A DNA stretch of 64,000 nucleotides from Candidatus Omnitrophota bacterium (GCA_043805415.1 JAZDHZ010000027.1:71542-135541); one strand, 5' to 3'; shown: positions 53,715 through 63,673, numbered from the stretch's first letter. Notes: a model not told the origin generated them from the letters alone. Translations and numbers: made by a program.

Positions 53715-53804
53715 ATACTTTTCATTAAAAGATTAGACAACCTCTTAAAATCCATTTTAAAAATCCTCTTCCTTGATACTCCTGATCCTTAAAAAATTAT
53801 ATTT

Positions 53805-54035
53805 TTAAGCATTATCCAACATTTTCGCGATAATTTTTAAAGGATATCCTTTACCCTTTAACTCATCAATTTTATTTAAGTTGGTTTCCACCTCAATAGC
53901 TATATAAAAACGCTTATTGCCAAAACCTCTTTTTCTAATAGCATTAAGCAAACCAAAATTTGTATAGTGATTCAATGTCTGATAAGAAATATTATACTTT
54001 CTTACCACGTCCATAGCAGTTATAATTTCATCCAT
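53805..54035 (-). CDS. Small MerR-type HTH protein
   Basis: DVVRKYNISYQTLNHYTNFGLL..RGFGNKRFY..KGYPLKII; GAGG RBS before the ATG at 54035. Confidence 0.8.
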   Translation of the reverse strand: MDEIITAMDVVRKYNISYQTLNHYTNFGLLNAIRKRGFGNKRFYIAIEVETNLNKIDELKGKGYPLKIIAKMLDNA

Positions 54036-54154
54036 TTGTACCTCGTAATTTATAAAGACACCAACTCCATTTTCAGACAATCATACCCATCCTGGGAAAG
54101 GCGGGAATATTTTTTACAAAAATATGAATAAAAAATATATTTTTAAACATTTTG

Positions 54155-54183
54155 ATAATAGCATATATGGTAACTATTGTCAA
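54155..54183 (-). promoter_or_regulatory. sigma70 promoter heading the secretin operon
   Basis: TTGACA-17-TATTAT with TG extension. Confidence 0.7.
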
Positions 54184-54244
54184 GTAATATAGTCTAGTAA
54201 AAATTAAATATAAAAAGCAAGAAAAAACAAGCATTTAAAGGCCT

Positions 54245-54745
54245 TTAAATCCAGCCAATCAGACTTAAAGCACATATGGTTTTCGCGTCAATTATTTCCC
54301 CTTGTTTAAACAGGTTTTTAATTTGAGCTTTTGTTTGCGTTTTAAGCTGAATAATCTCATCTTTTTCCAGTTGTTGGGCACAAATACTGAGTTCACTGGC
54401 AGAGAAAAACACAATTCGTTCAGTTGAATAGCCCGGACAAGGATAAATCTGGCCTATTTTTTTAATTTTTTTCGCTGTATATCCTGTCTCTTCAATAAGT
54501 TCACGCCTGGCACATTTAGCATGCTGTTCATCTTTACCAAGCGTTCCCGCGGGTAATTCATATAAATATTGCTCAATAACCGGCCGATATTGGTACAATA
54601 TGATGATTTTATTTTTATTTAAAAAAGGAACAATCAGCACTGCTCCGGGATGCTTTACTATCTCCAGATTTATGGTTTCTGAATTAGGTAAAACAATTTT
54701 TTTCGCGAAAACCTTTATTAATTTTCCATCAAATTTTTTTTCCAC
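54245..54745 (-). CDS. NUDIX hydrolase (ADP-ribose pyrophosphatase-like)
   Basis: HPGAV, QYR, ELPAG...CARRELIEETGY, PGYSTE, IDAKT. Confidence 0.92.
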   Translation of the reverse strand: MEKKFDGKLIKVFAKKIVLPNSETINLEIVKHPGAVLIVPFLNKNKIIILYQYRPVIEQYLYELPAGTLGKDEQHAKCARRELIEETGYTAKKIKKIGQIYPCPGYSTERIVFFSASELSICAQQLEKDEIIQLKTQTKAQIKNLFKQGEIIDAKTICALSLIGWI

Positions 54746-54756
54746 CGAGTTTCTCC

Positions 54757-54789
54757 AAAAAAAGGGGTAGAAAAATATTTTCTACCCCT
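54757..54789 (-). terminator. Intrinsic terminator after gap
   Basis: AGGGGTAGAAAA-N3-TTTTCTACCCCT plus a T tract. Confidence 0.8.
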
Positions 54790-54822
54790 GGTGTTATAAC
54801 TTAAGCCTGTGAACTTTTAGGT

Positions 54823-55830
54823 TTAAAGTCCTTTTTTGGCAACAAGTTCGATAAGATCAACCACTCGGTTTGAATAACCCCATTCATTATCATACCAAGA
54901 AAGTACTTTAATCATCCCCGCCCCGATCTTCATTGTGCTCAAAGCATCAACAACCGAAGAATGTGAATCTTTTATAACATCAGCGGAAACAATCGGATCT
55001 TCACAATAAGCCAGGATGCCTTTCATTGTGGTTTCAGCCGCTGCTTTGAGTGCCGCGTTTACTGTTTCAACTGAAACATCTTTTTTCAGTTTAACCACAA
55101 GATCAACTAAAGAACCGGTTGGCGTAGGAACCCGAATAGATAGACCATTTAATTTTCCATTGAGCTCTGGAATAACTAATCCCACAGCTGATGCCGCTCC
55201 GGTTGTTGTCGGAATCATCGAAAGCGCCGCTGCCCGAGCTCTTCTTAAATCACTATGCGGAAAATCAAGAATTACCTGGTCATTAGTATAAGAATGAATT
55301 GTGGTCATTAAACCTTCTTCTATGCCAAAATTATCATTTAACACTTTCGCTAGCGGAGCCAGACAGTTAGTTGTGCAGGACGCGTTGGAAATAATCACAT
55401 CACTTGCTCTTAGGCTGGAATCATTAACCCCTAAAACAATTGTATTATCAATTTTATCTTTTGACGGTACGGTTAAAATAACTTTTTTTGCTCCGGCTTC
55501 AATATGCCACATTGTCTGCTCTTTTGATCTAAACACACCGGTTGACTCAACAACTATATCAACTTTCAGAGCCTTCCAAGGTAACTGTTTGGGATCCTTT
55601 ATTGCCGAAATCTCAATCTTTTTACCATCAACAATTATCGCGTTTCCGTCTACAGAAACCTTTTTATCATATCTTCCGTATACAGAATCATACTTTAATA
55701 GATGCGCCAGAGTTTTCGCGCTAGTAAGATCATTGATCGCGACAACCTCAATATTCTTATTTGCCATGGCAATCTTAAAAACATGTCTTCCGATTCTTCC
55801 AAACCCATTAATACCGATACGTACTCCCAT
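54823..55830 (-). CDS. gap: Glyceraldehyde-3-phosphate dehydrogenase
   Basis: GINGFGRIGR, ASCTTNCLAP, WYDNEWGY. Confidence 0.98.
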   Translation of the reverse strand: MGVRIGINGFGRIGRHVFKIAMANKNIEVVAINDLTSAKTLAHLLKYDSVYGRYDKKVSVDGNAIIVDGKKIEISAIKDPKQLPWKALKVDIVVESTGVFRSKEQTMWHIEAGAKKVILTVPSKDKIDNTIVLGVNDSSLRASDVIISNASCTTNCLAPLAKVLNDNFGIEEGLMTTIHSYTNDQVILDFPHSDLRRARAAALSMIPTTTGAASAVGLVIPELNGKLNGLSIRVPTPTGSLVDLVVKLKKDVSVETVNAALKAAAETTMKGILAYCEDPIVSADVIKDSHSSVVDALSTMKIGAGMIKVLSWYDNEWGYSNRVVDLIELVAKKGL

Positions 55831-55875
55831 TATACTGCCTCCTTTCAAAACACCTGATTATTAGTATGCAGATTT

Positions 55876-56878
55876 TTAAACAACCTCACGCAATAGTTTA
55901 GCAGTTTGTTCTGGCGGGCTGGGATTGATATAAAAACCTGTCCCCCCATTCAAAACCAGCAGACCTGGTAAGCTTTGGCAAAATCTGCATATGCCAGTGA
56001 TAAAAACCAAGCTCCTGTTCATGCTGAATAGGAGCTGTGTTAATAATAAAATTAAACGGCGGATCTGTCAAGATTTTTTTCAAACGCCATAAAACATCCC
56101 TTAAAATAGCGGAAAATTCATAGATCATATCTTCTGGAATAAGATAAAAATGCGAACAATGTTTTTTCGGTATAATCCAAATTTCAAAAGGCGTACAGGC
56201 GGCAAAGGGAGTAAACGCGACAAAATTTTCGTTTTCGCAGATCATCCTTTGTTTAGCTTCCAGCTCTTGATCAATAATATCGCAATAAACACAGCGCTCT
56301 TTAAACCCGTAATACTTCTCCGCGCCTCTTAAGGCTTCTTTTATTTTTTTCGGAACAATCGGCAAAGCGATTAACTGGGAATGCGAATGTTCCAGGGAAG
56401 CACCGGCGCTTTGTCCGTGGTTTTTAAATATCAGAATATATTCAAAACGATTATCCTGCTTTAATTCAAGACAGCGCTGTTTATAGGAAAAAATTATTTT
56501 CGCGACCTCTTCATCACTTAAATCAGCAATGTCTTTCTGATGATCCGGAGTTTCGATTATAACTTCATGCGCTCCTACTCCATTCATCTGGTCATAAATC
56601 CCAATGCCCTGGCGGTCCAAATCTCCTTCCACGCGCAAAGCGGGAAATTTATTGGCAATAACCCGTAAATTCCAAACTGGATTATCACCTGCCCCGGGAG
56701 TTCTATCGACAAATATATCCGGCGGACTTTTATCTTCATTGCCTGGGCAAAAAGGACAAAATTTATTAAGCTGTTTCGCGCTTACCGATTGTTCGAAATA
56801 ATCACTCAGAGAGATTTCCTTATCATCCTGAACAATTATCCATCTGCCTAATATCGGATCACGTCTTAACTGCTGCAT
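55876..56878 (-). CDS. galT: Galactose-1-phosphate uridylyltransferase-family protein, catalytic copy (1-nt frameshift near 55945)
   Basis: CPFCPGNE, NKFPAL, GASLEHSHSQ. Removing one G from the G6 run restores GFEWGTGFYINPSPPE...* ending at 55876. Confidence 0.88.
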
Positions 56879-57912
56879 TATTGTTTTTCTCCTTGGGGAT
56901 TTTTTAAAAACTCAGCCGCTAACTCCGGAGGCGTTGGGTTAATATAAAAACCGCTGCCTAATTCAAAACCCGCGACCTTTGTCAGCCGCGGCATAATTTC
57001 AATATGCCAGTGATAATCATATTCAATGGTTTTCCAATATCCGGCTGAAGTCATTCTCCGAAAAGGCGCGGTATGAATAATATAATTATACGGCGGATCC
57101 GCTAAAGCAATGGAAAGTTTTCGCATTACTGATTTCATTATTCTCGCTAAACCCTCTGTATTTTTTAAATTATAAAAATCCGATGAATGTTCTTCCGGTA
57201 AAACCCATACTTCAAAAGGAAAACGCGAAGCATAAGGCGCAAAAGCAATAAACCCATCCCCGCGTTCGACAATCCGCGCTTGTTTTTCAATCTCATGCTG
57301 GATCATATCGCAGAAAATACAGCGCTCCCGATATTCATAATACCGCCGCGCTCCGGCAAGCTCTTCCTTAACTCTTTTCGGATTAACCGGCAAAGCAATT
57401 AACTGCGTACGCGAATGCTTTGTCGGACTGGCGCCGGCAACAATTCCGTAATTCTTGGAAATCAGCACATATTTGATCCGCGGATCTTTTTCCAAGGCTT
57501 GCATTCTTTGCGCGTATACCTTAAACACATCATTTATTTGCTCAACTCCAAGATCAGCAATATTGGCAATATGCTCCGGAGTTTCAAGAATCAATTCATG
57601 AGCGCCGATCGCGTTCATTACATCAAACATCCCTATTCCCCGCCTGCCCAGATCCCCTTGGGTTTGCATCAGCGGTTTAGGATTTGGGATAACCCGCACA
57701 TTCCAGCCAGACTGATTAGGTTTAGGATTCAGCTTCCGCACTGCGTAAATCTCATCAGGAGTTTCTGCCTCATGGCCCTGGCAAAATAAGCATTGTTTTT
57801 CCGTGTCTTGGTCAGGGTCTTTTTTAAGCACAAAATCATGCGGCCGTTTTCCCCGCTCCGTGGAAATAATAACCCATCTGCCGATAACCGGGTCTTTGCG
57901 TAACTGCGGCAT
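56878..57912 (-). CDS. GalT-family paralog lacking the catalytic histidine
   Basis: MPQLRKDP..RGKRP, CLFCQGHE, GASPTKHSRTQ, YHWHIEIMPRL. Confidence 0.88.
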   Translation of the reverse strand: MPQLRKDPVIGRWVIISTERGKRPHDFVLKKDPDQDTEKQCLFCQGHEAETPDEIYAVRKLNPKPNQSGWNVRVIPNPKPLMQTQGDLGRRGIGMFDVMNAIGAHELILETPEHIANIADLGVEQINDVFKVYAQRMQALEKDPRIKYVLISKNYGIVAGASPTKHSRTQLIALPVNPKRVKEELAGARRYYEYRERCIFCDMIQHEIEKQARIVERGDGFIAFAPYASRFPFEVWVLPEEHSSDFYNLKNTEGLARIMKSVMRKLSIALADPPYNYIIHTAPFRRMTSAGYWKTIEYDYHWHIEIMPRLTKVAGFELGSGFYINPTPPELAAEFLKNPQGEKQ

Positions 57913-57920
57913 ATAAAACT

Positions 57921-58010
57921 CCGTATTGCGTATCGCGTATAGAGTATCGAGTTTTAAAACAATTGTATTTTTTGTTTTAGCGCAATACGCATTACTCAAT
58001 ACGCAATACT
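57921..58010. repeat. Inverted pair of CGCAATA-family heptamer tandem repeats
   Basis: cgtattg cgtatcg cgtatag agtatcg ... cgcaata cgcatta ctcaata cgcaata. Confidence 0.7.
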
Positions 58011-58014
58011 ATTT

Positions 58015-58956
58015 TTAACTTTCCAGGACATCTCCTGTTTTCAGATTATGGCCAATCACAAAATCATAAGCACTCATTGCTTTCTTACCCTCAAGCTGCA
58101 AATTTTCAATCAGCAATGATTGTTTACCGGTCTTAACCGCAATCCCCGCGTGTTTTTCAATTTTAAGAATAACCCCGGGAGTTTTATAGTCTGGGATCTG
58201 CGGATCAACATCCAATATCTTGGTTTTCAGGATTTTTAATAATTTACCCTGATAATGGGTAAAGGCGCAAGGCCAAGGCAATAATCCTCTGACTTTATTA
58301 TGAATACTCACCGCGTTATCCTGCCAATTTATCAAGCCATGCTCTTTTTTTAATTTTCCTGCCACAGTTACTTTCGCGGGATCCTGGGGCACAAATTTCA
58401 CTTGGTTTTTTTCTATTTGTTCAATTGACTCAAGCAAAGCCTTTGCCCCAAGCACAGCCAGTTTTGGTAAAAGCTCCACCGCATCCGCGTCGTTAATTTC
58501 TATAGTTTGGGATAAAAGCATATCTCCGCCATCCATCCGCTCATTCATTTTAATTATCGTAACACCGCTAAGCTTATCGCCATTTATAATCGCGTAATTT
58601 ATCGGCGCCGCGCCTCTCCATTTGGGCAGAAGCGAGGAATGCACATTCAGACAAAACTGTTTGGGAATATCCAGAACTTGTTTGCTTAATTTCTGGCCAA
58701 AACTCACAACCACAAACAAATCCGGATTAAAACTTTTTAGCTGTTCAATCGTCGCTGGATCGCTGACTGCTTCCGGCTGAAAAACCGGTAAATTATGCTC
58801 CTGGGCAAAGATTTTTACCGGAGTTTTACTCAGCATTAAATTTCGGCCTTTTTTCCGATCCGGCTGAGTGTAGACTGCAACCACTTCCTGGTTTTTAATC
58901 AGCGCGTTTAAACTTGCCAAGGAAAAATCCGATGATCCAAAAAACACAATTTTCAT
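58015..58956 (-). CDS. fmt: Methionyl-tRNA formyltransferase
   Basis: MKIVFFGS, TQPDRKKGR, NVHSSLLPKWRGAAPI, MDGGD. Confidence 0.97.
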   Translation of the reverse strand: MKIVFFGSSDFSLASLNALIKNQEVVAVYTQPDRKKGRNLMLSKTPVKIFAQEHNLPVFQPEAVSDPATIEQLKSFNPDLFVVVSFGQKLSKQVLDIPKQFCLNVHSSLLPKWRGAAPINYAIINGDKLSGVTIIKMNERMDGGDMLLSQTIEINDADAVELLPKLAVLGAKALLESIEQIEKNQVKFVPQDPAKVTVAGKLKKEHGLINWQDNAVSIHNKVRGLLPWPCAFTHYQGKLLKILKTKILDVDPQIPDYKTPGVILKIEKHAGIAVKTGKQSLLIENLQLEGKKAMSAYDFVIGHNLKTGDVLES

Positions 58957-59035
58957 AAAATTTCTCTTTCACCTTTAAACAGAATATAATTATAGTTGTT
59001 TGACAATCCTGTTTATTTTCTTTACAATACACACT

Positions 59036-59644
59036 ATGGAAAACAATAACAACCTTCAGAACAATGAATTCTTTCAAAAAGCCATAGCTTTATACCGGAA
59101 AAAAAACTACGACTATGCCATTGAACTTTTCAGCCAAATCCTAAAAGATAATCCTGATTTTGAAGATTGCCAGCGTTATTTATGGGACGCTATTCGTCAA
59201 AGAAATGCTGCTCTTAAAAAATCCTTCTTTGCTGTAATTGTCCAAAAAATAAATATATTTTTACTCTTAATTAAATTTTTCGTTCTGGATATGAACCAAA
59301 ATAATTCCCAGGCACTCGCGCTTATTCATAAGATCATCCTGATTGATCCCAACAATATCTTCGCTTTGTTTAAGCTAGCATCTTTTCAGCTTAAAACCAA
59401 CCAAAGTGCTTTGGCCACAGCCGCCTTAGAACAAGTGCTGGCAATTGATAAAAATAATCTTCCGGCTTTAAAAATACTCGCTGATACCTATTATACGAAA
59501 AAATCATATGAAAAAGCAAAACTTATGGCAACAAAAATTCTTGAGTTATCTCCCCGCTATTTACCGGCAGAAAATATTTTAAATGATATTTCTGCCTTAG
59601 GTACGATTGCCAAAGGATTTGATGAAATAAAACCAGCAACCTAA
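59036..59644 (+). CDS. TPR protein
   Basis: YDYAIELFSQILKDNPD, LIDPNNIFAL, LAIDKNNLPALKILAD; TTGACA-17-TACAAT promoter at 59000-59028. Confidence 0.8.
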   Translation: MENNNNLQNNEFFQKAIALYRKKNYDYAIELFSQILKDNPDFEDCQRYLWDAIRQRNAALKKSFFAVIVQKINIFLLLIKFFVLDMNQNNSQALALIHKIILIDPNNIFALFKLASFQLKTNQSALATAALEQVLAIDKNNLPALKILADTYYTKKSYEKAKLMATKILELSPRYLPAENILNDISALGTIAKGFDEIKPAT

Positions 59645-59669
59645 GCTTTCAGCTTAGAATTCTAAATTT

Positions 59670-59790
59670 AAAAATCCAAAATCCAAACAAATAATTAAAT
59701 ATTTACAATTTACCATTTGGCATTTCATTGGTCTTATTCATTATTTTATATTTGTCATTTGGATTTTGACATTTGTCATTGGTAATTAAT
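59670..59790. repeat. Degenerate heptamer tandem repeats (ATTTGTC/ATTGGTC, AAAATCC)
   Basis: aaaatcc aaaatcc; atttacc atttggc...atttgtc attggta between convergent genes. Confidence 0.6.
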
Positions 59791-59799
59791 GCTTCCCAA

Positions 59800-61833
59800 T
59801 TATACTACCATCCGCGGATCAACATCAATCGCGATTTTTATTTTTGCCGATAACTTGCTGGTTTTTAATACTTGCCGAATTAAGCCATTTGTGCTTAAAA
59901 CATCAGAAGTATTCAGCAGCATTCCCCAGCGAAAATAGCCTTTTAATTTGGCAATCGGCATAGGCAGCGGTCCGATAATGCTTATGTTCCTATCTTTAGT
60001 TTTTATTTTTAGCTGTTGACCGAAACTTTCCGCGGCTAAAATCAATGCTTTTTCTTCTTTTGACCGCAATACCAGACTAATTAAATGCGAAAAAGGCGGA
60101 AGATTTAATTGTTTTCTAAATTCTATCTCTTTAGCATAAAAACCGTGATAATCATGCTCAATCGCGCACTGGATGGCATAATGCTCCGGAGTATAAGTCT
60201 GCACAATAACCTTGCCCGCGGTTTCCCCCCTGCCGGCACGTCCGGCCACTTGGGTTAAAAGCGAAAACGTTCTTTCGGATGCCCGAAAATCCGGCAAATT
60301 CAAACTAATGTCCGCGGAAATAACTCCCACCAGCGTAACATTAGGAAAATCCAAGCCTTTAGCCAGCATTTGCGTGCCCACCAGGATATCGATTTTCCGG
60401 GTTTTAAAATCATCAAGGATTTCAAAATGCGCGGTTTTCTTGCGCATTGAATCAGAATCCATGCGCTCAATCCTGGCCTGAGGGAAAACCCGGCGCAATT
60501 CGCTCTCAACTTTTTGCGTTCCAGTTCCCGCGTAATTAATATAATTTCCATTACATTCAGGACAAATCTGTACAGCTTGCTGAGTATAATTGCAATAATG
60601 GCAAACCAGATTTTTATGATCCGCATGATAAACTAAAGCTAAGTTGCATTTAGGGCATCGCAGCACATAGCCGCATTTAGCGCAATTAACAAAAGTAGAA
60701 AACCCGCGGCGATTAAGAAAAATAATTATTTGCTCGCGGTTTTTTAAACAGCGACCGATATTATCCTCCAGCACTTTAGATAATATCGGCAAACGCTTGG
60801 TGCGGATTGACTGATCGCGCATATCCACCACCTGCACTGCTGGCAATTCGCTGCCTTTGATTCTTTCCGGCAATTCAATTAATTCATACTCTTTGGTTTT
60901 AGCCGCGTAGTTTGATTCTAAACAAGGCGTCGCGCTGCCTAAAATTACCGCGGCTTTGGCGATTTGCGCCCGTTTTATCGCGGTATTGACCAAATGATAG
61001 CGCGGAGTATCTTCTTGCTTATAAGTATTTTCATGTTCTTCATCAATAATAATTAAGCCCAGATTTTTCAGCGGACTGAATATTGCCGAGCGCGGACCAA
61101 TCACAATTTTTGCCTGGCCGGTTTTAATTCTCTGCCATTGAATGAATTTTTCCCCAGCGCTTAATCGGCTGTGGACTAAAGCGACTTTTTCTTGGCTGAA
61201 TTTTTCCGTAAACCGCTGCACTGTCTGCGGAGTAAGCGCGATTTCCGGAATAAACACCAGCACATCTTTCCCCTGATTTAAAGCCGCTTGGATTGCTCCA
61301 AAATAAACTTCGGTTTTGCCGCTGGCCGTAATCCCATGCAGCAGAAAAACCGCGAAATCCGTTTTTTGCAAATGCTGTTTTATCCGCGATAAAGCTTTAT
61401 TTTGATCGCTGCTCAGAATATGGTTTGAAGCTTTTTGACTAAAATCAATGCCTGGCATTGGCTGGCTTATTTTTCTCGGCTTGATTGAAGTTTTGCCTTT
61501 TTTAAACGGCATAGCAATTGCCGCGTCTATGGCCTCACCCCAGGAACATAAATAATAATCAGCCATCCAGCGGGTAAGCTCGAGAATTTCTTTAGATAAA
61601 ATCGGTTCTTGATCAATAACTGATTTAATATCCTTGGTTCTGGGAATTTCCGTCGCGTTACTCGTACCGACAATAAACCCGACAATTGTCCTGTTTCTAA
61701 ACGGAATCCAGACCCGCTTACCGACTTGGACTGAATCCTGCAAAGCTAGGGGTACAGAATAATCAAAAATATCATTAAGCGGTAAATTAATCGCGACTTG
61801 GATAAATTTATTTTCAGACATATTATTAAGCAT
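59800..61833 (-). CDS. priA: Primosomal protein N'
   Basis: HGITASGKTEVY, PEIALTPQ, IIDEEH, NRRGF, four CxxC, GTQMLAKGLDFP, QVAGRAGR. Confidence 0.97.
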   Translation of the reverse strand: MLNNMSENKFIQVAINLPLNDIFDYSVPLALQDSVQVGKRVWIPFRNRTIVGFIVGTSNATEIPRTKDIKSVIDQEPILSKEILELTRWMADYYLCSWGEAIDAAIAMPFKKGKTSIKPRKISQPMPGIDFSQKASNHILSSDQNKALSRIKQHLQKTDFAVFLLHGITASGKTEVYFGAIQAALNQGKDVLVFIPEIALTPQTVQRFTEKFSQEKVALVHSRLSAGEKFIQWQRIKTGQAKIVIGPRSAIFSPLKNLGLIIIDEEHENTYKQEDTPRYHLVNTAIKRAQIAKAAVILGSATPCLESNYAAKTKEYELIELPERIKGSELPAVQVVDMRDQSIRTKRLPILSKVLEDNIGRCLKNREQIIIFLNRRGFSTFVNCAKCGYVLRCPKCNLALVYHADHKNLVCHYCNYTQQAVQICPECNGNYINYAGTGTQKVESELRRVFPQARIERMDSDSMRKKTAHFEILDDFKTRKIDILVGTQMLAKGLDFPNVTLVGVISADISLNLPDFRASERTFSLLTQVAGRAGRGETAGKVIVQTYTPEHYAIQCAIEHDYHGFYAKEIEFRKQLNLPPFSHLISLVLRSKEEKALILAAESFGQQLKIKTKDRNISIIGPLPMPIAKLKGYFRWGMLLNTSDVLSTNGLIRQVLKTSKLSAKIKIAIDVDPRMVV

Positions 61834-61864
61834 TTCTAAGTTATGGAAATATTAAAATAACAGC

Positions 61865-62359
61865 TTATCCAGCAAATAATCCCTGGATCCCGACTGTAAG
61901 TATGGTAACAATGCAGGCGGCAATAAAAACTCCCAAGCCGATAGCAAAAAAAGACGCTCTTTTATTTAAACCAAATAAAAACGCGGCAATTGCTCCGGTC
62001 CAGGCGCCAGTCATGGGCAACGGGATTGCCACTAGAATAACCAGACCTAAAAGCTCGTATTGCTCAACAACTTTTGATCTTTTTTTTGTTCTTTCAAATA
62101 TCCAATTAAAAAAAATATCGCAGATTTTAATTTTTCGCAATTGTTTTGAAATCGGATCAAGTAAATATAAAAGCGGTAATACCGGAAGCATATTGCCCAG
62201 CAAGGAAAATATAAACACAGTTTTAACTGCCATACCCATTTTCACAATCCCATAAGGAATCGCTAATCGCAGTTCAACCACCGGCATGGCCGCGATGATG
62301 GTAATAATCCACTTTGGAGAAAGCCCGTTTAAAAAACTAACGATCTGATCCGTAATCAT
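61865..62359 (-). CDS. Small multi-drug export family membrane protein
   Basis: AMPVVELRLAIPYG, VAIPLPMTGAWTG. Confidence 0.88.
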   Translation of the reverse strand: MITDQIVSFLNGLSPKWIITIIAAMPVVELRLAIPYGIVKMGMAVKTVFIFSLLGNMLPVLPLLYLLDPISKQLRKIKICDIFFNWIFERTKKRSKVVEQYELLGLVILVAIPLPMTGAWTGAIAAFLFGLNKRASFFAIGLGVFIAACIVTILTVGIQGLFAG

Positions 62360-63008
62360 AATCCGGCCATCCTTTTTCGCCTACCAGCGGAACAAAAACA
62401 CATCCGCATTTTTCGGTTTCAATAATTTTATCTGCTTTTTTCTCAATCAGTTTAATTGTCTGAAAAGACCTTCCGCCCACAGGAATTACTAATTTGCCGT
62501 TAGCTTTTAATTGTTCGATTAAAGGCATTGGCACTTGCGGCGCTCCGGCGGTAACAATAATCGCGTCATAAGGCTGAAACTCGGCTAAGCCTAATGTCCC
62601 GTCACCAACCCGCGTACGCACATTTTTAATCCCCAAAGTTTCAAAGCGCTTTTTAGCTTCTTCAGCTAAGCGCTCAATCCGCTCAATTGTATATACTTGT
62701 TTAGCCAAAGCAGCCAAAATTGCGGTTTGATAGCCGCTGCCTGTGCCTAGTTCTAATACTGTTTCATCACCCTTTAGTTTCAGCATCTCAGTCATAAACG
62801 CGACCATATAAGGCTGGGATATGGTCTGACCAGAGCCTATGGGCAAAGGCCCATCAGTATAAGCGGCATTAATCAATTCCAGGCTGACAAATAAATGACG
62901 CGGCAGATTTAAAAATACACTTAGAACGCGATCATCTTTTATTCCGCGGGCCACAAGCTGCGTTTGGACCATCTGTTTTCTTTGGTCAATATAGTTCACT
63001 GGTTCCAT
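62337..63008 (-). CDS. pcm: Protein-L-isoaspartate O-methyltransferase
   Basis: PRHLFV, GQTISQPYMVA, VLELGTGSGYQ, YDAIIVTAG, FVPLVG. Confidence 0.96.
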   Translation of the reverse strand: MEPVNYIDQRKQMVQTQLVARGIKDDRVLSVFLNLPRHLFVSLELINAAYTDGPLPIGSGQTISQPYMVAFMTEMLKLKGDETVLELGTGSGYQTAILAALAKQVYTIERIERLAEEAKKRFETLGIKNVRTRVGDGTLGLAEFQPYDAIIVTAGAPQVPMPLIEQLKANGKLVIPVGGRSFQTIKLIEKKADKIIETEKCGCVFVPLVGEKGWPDYDYGSDR

Positions 63009-63673
63009 TTGCTGAAAATGCTTTTTCTAATTAAATTGCAAAATCTAATAGTATCCGAAAAAGGATTTATCAGGCTTTTATGATTATTATATATGCTTTT
63101 TACTGGAATAAATTCTATCTTCGCTTTATTTTTTGCCGCTTGCATAAGAATCTCAGATTCGGTATCGTATTTTATTGTAGTAAGATTAAGTTTTTTAAGC
63201 ACTGAGCTGCGGATCAGCCTGAAGCCGCATTGACTATCCGGAATTTTTGTTTTCACAATAAAGGAAACCAGCATTGAAGTAAATTTATTTGTTAATTTCC
63301 TGAGCAGCGGCATGCCTTGGGGATTCTCCATCCGATTGCCGATTATTATCCCCGCGTCAGAATTCATCGCATAATCGATAAAGCTATTTATCTCTTGGGG
63401 TAAATGCTGACCATCAGAATCCATAATTATTACCGCGTCATAATTATGATCTTGGATAAATTTAAAGCCAGTGCGCAGAGCCTGACCCTTACCTTGATTC
63501 TGCGGATGACTGATCACCATGACTTGCGCCTGTTTAGCAATATTAACTGTATTATCAGTCGATCCATCATCAACGACAATAACATCTAAGTCATAGGCTT
63601 TAATTTGGTTTAGGATCTTGCCTATTTCTTTTTCTTCATTATATGCCGGAAGTAAAACACAAACTTTTATCAT
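62996..63673 (-). CDS. Glycosyltransferase family 2 (DPM synthase-like)
   Basis: LPAYNEE, VVDDGSTD, NQGKG, MDSDGQH, DSQCGFR. Confidence 0.92.
   Translation of the reverse strand: MIKVCVLLPAYNEEKEIGKILNQIKAYDLDVIVVDDGSTDNTVNIAKQAQVMVISHPQNQGKGQALRTGFKFIQDHNYDAVIIMDSDGQHLPQEINSFIDYAMNSDAGIIIGNRMENPQGMPLLRKLTNKFTSMLVSFIVKTKIPDSQCGFRLIRSSVLKKLNLTTIKYDTESEILMQAAKNKAKIEFIPVKSIYNNHKSLINPFSDTIRFCNLIRKSIFSKWNQ

Noticed and set aside
55301-55864. 187-aa plus-strand ORF and other short antisense ORFs in the track
   Set aside because: Shadow ORFs opposite conserved genes (gap, katG, dxs, etc.) with no recognisable motifs.
55940-55950. Poly-G frameshift in galT as programmed or phase-variable
   Set aside because: A G6 run is short and similar indels occur elsewhere in the window; treated as a probable artefact.
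57913-57999. N-terminal extension of the upstream galT paralog
   Set aside because: It is translated heptamer repeat; homology starts at MPQLRKD (57912).
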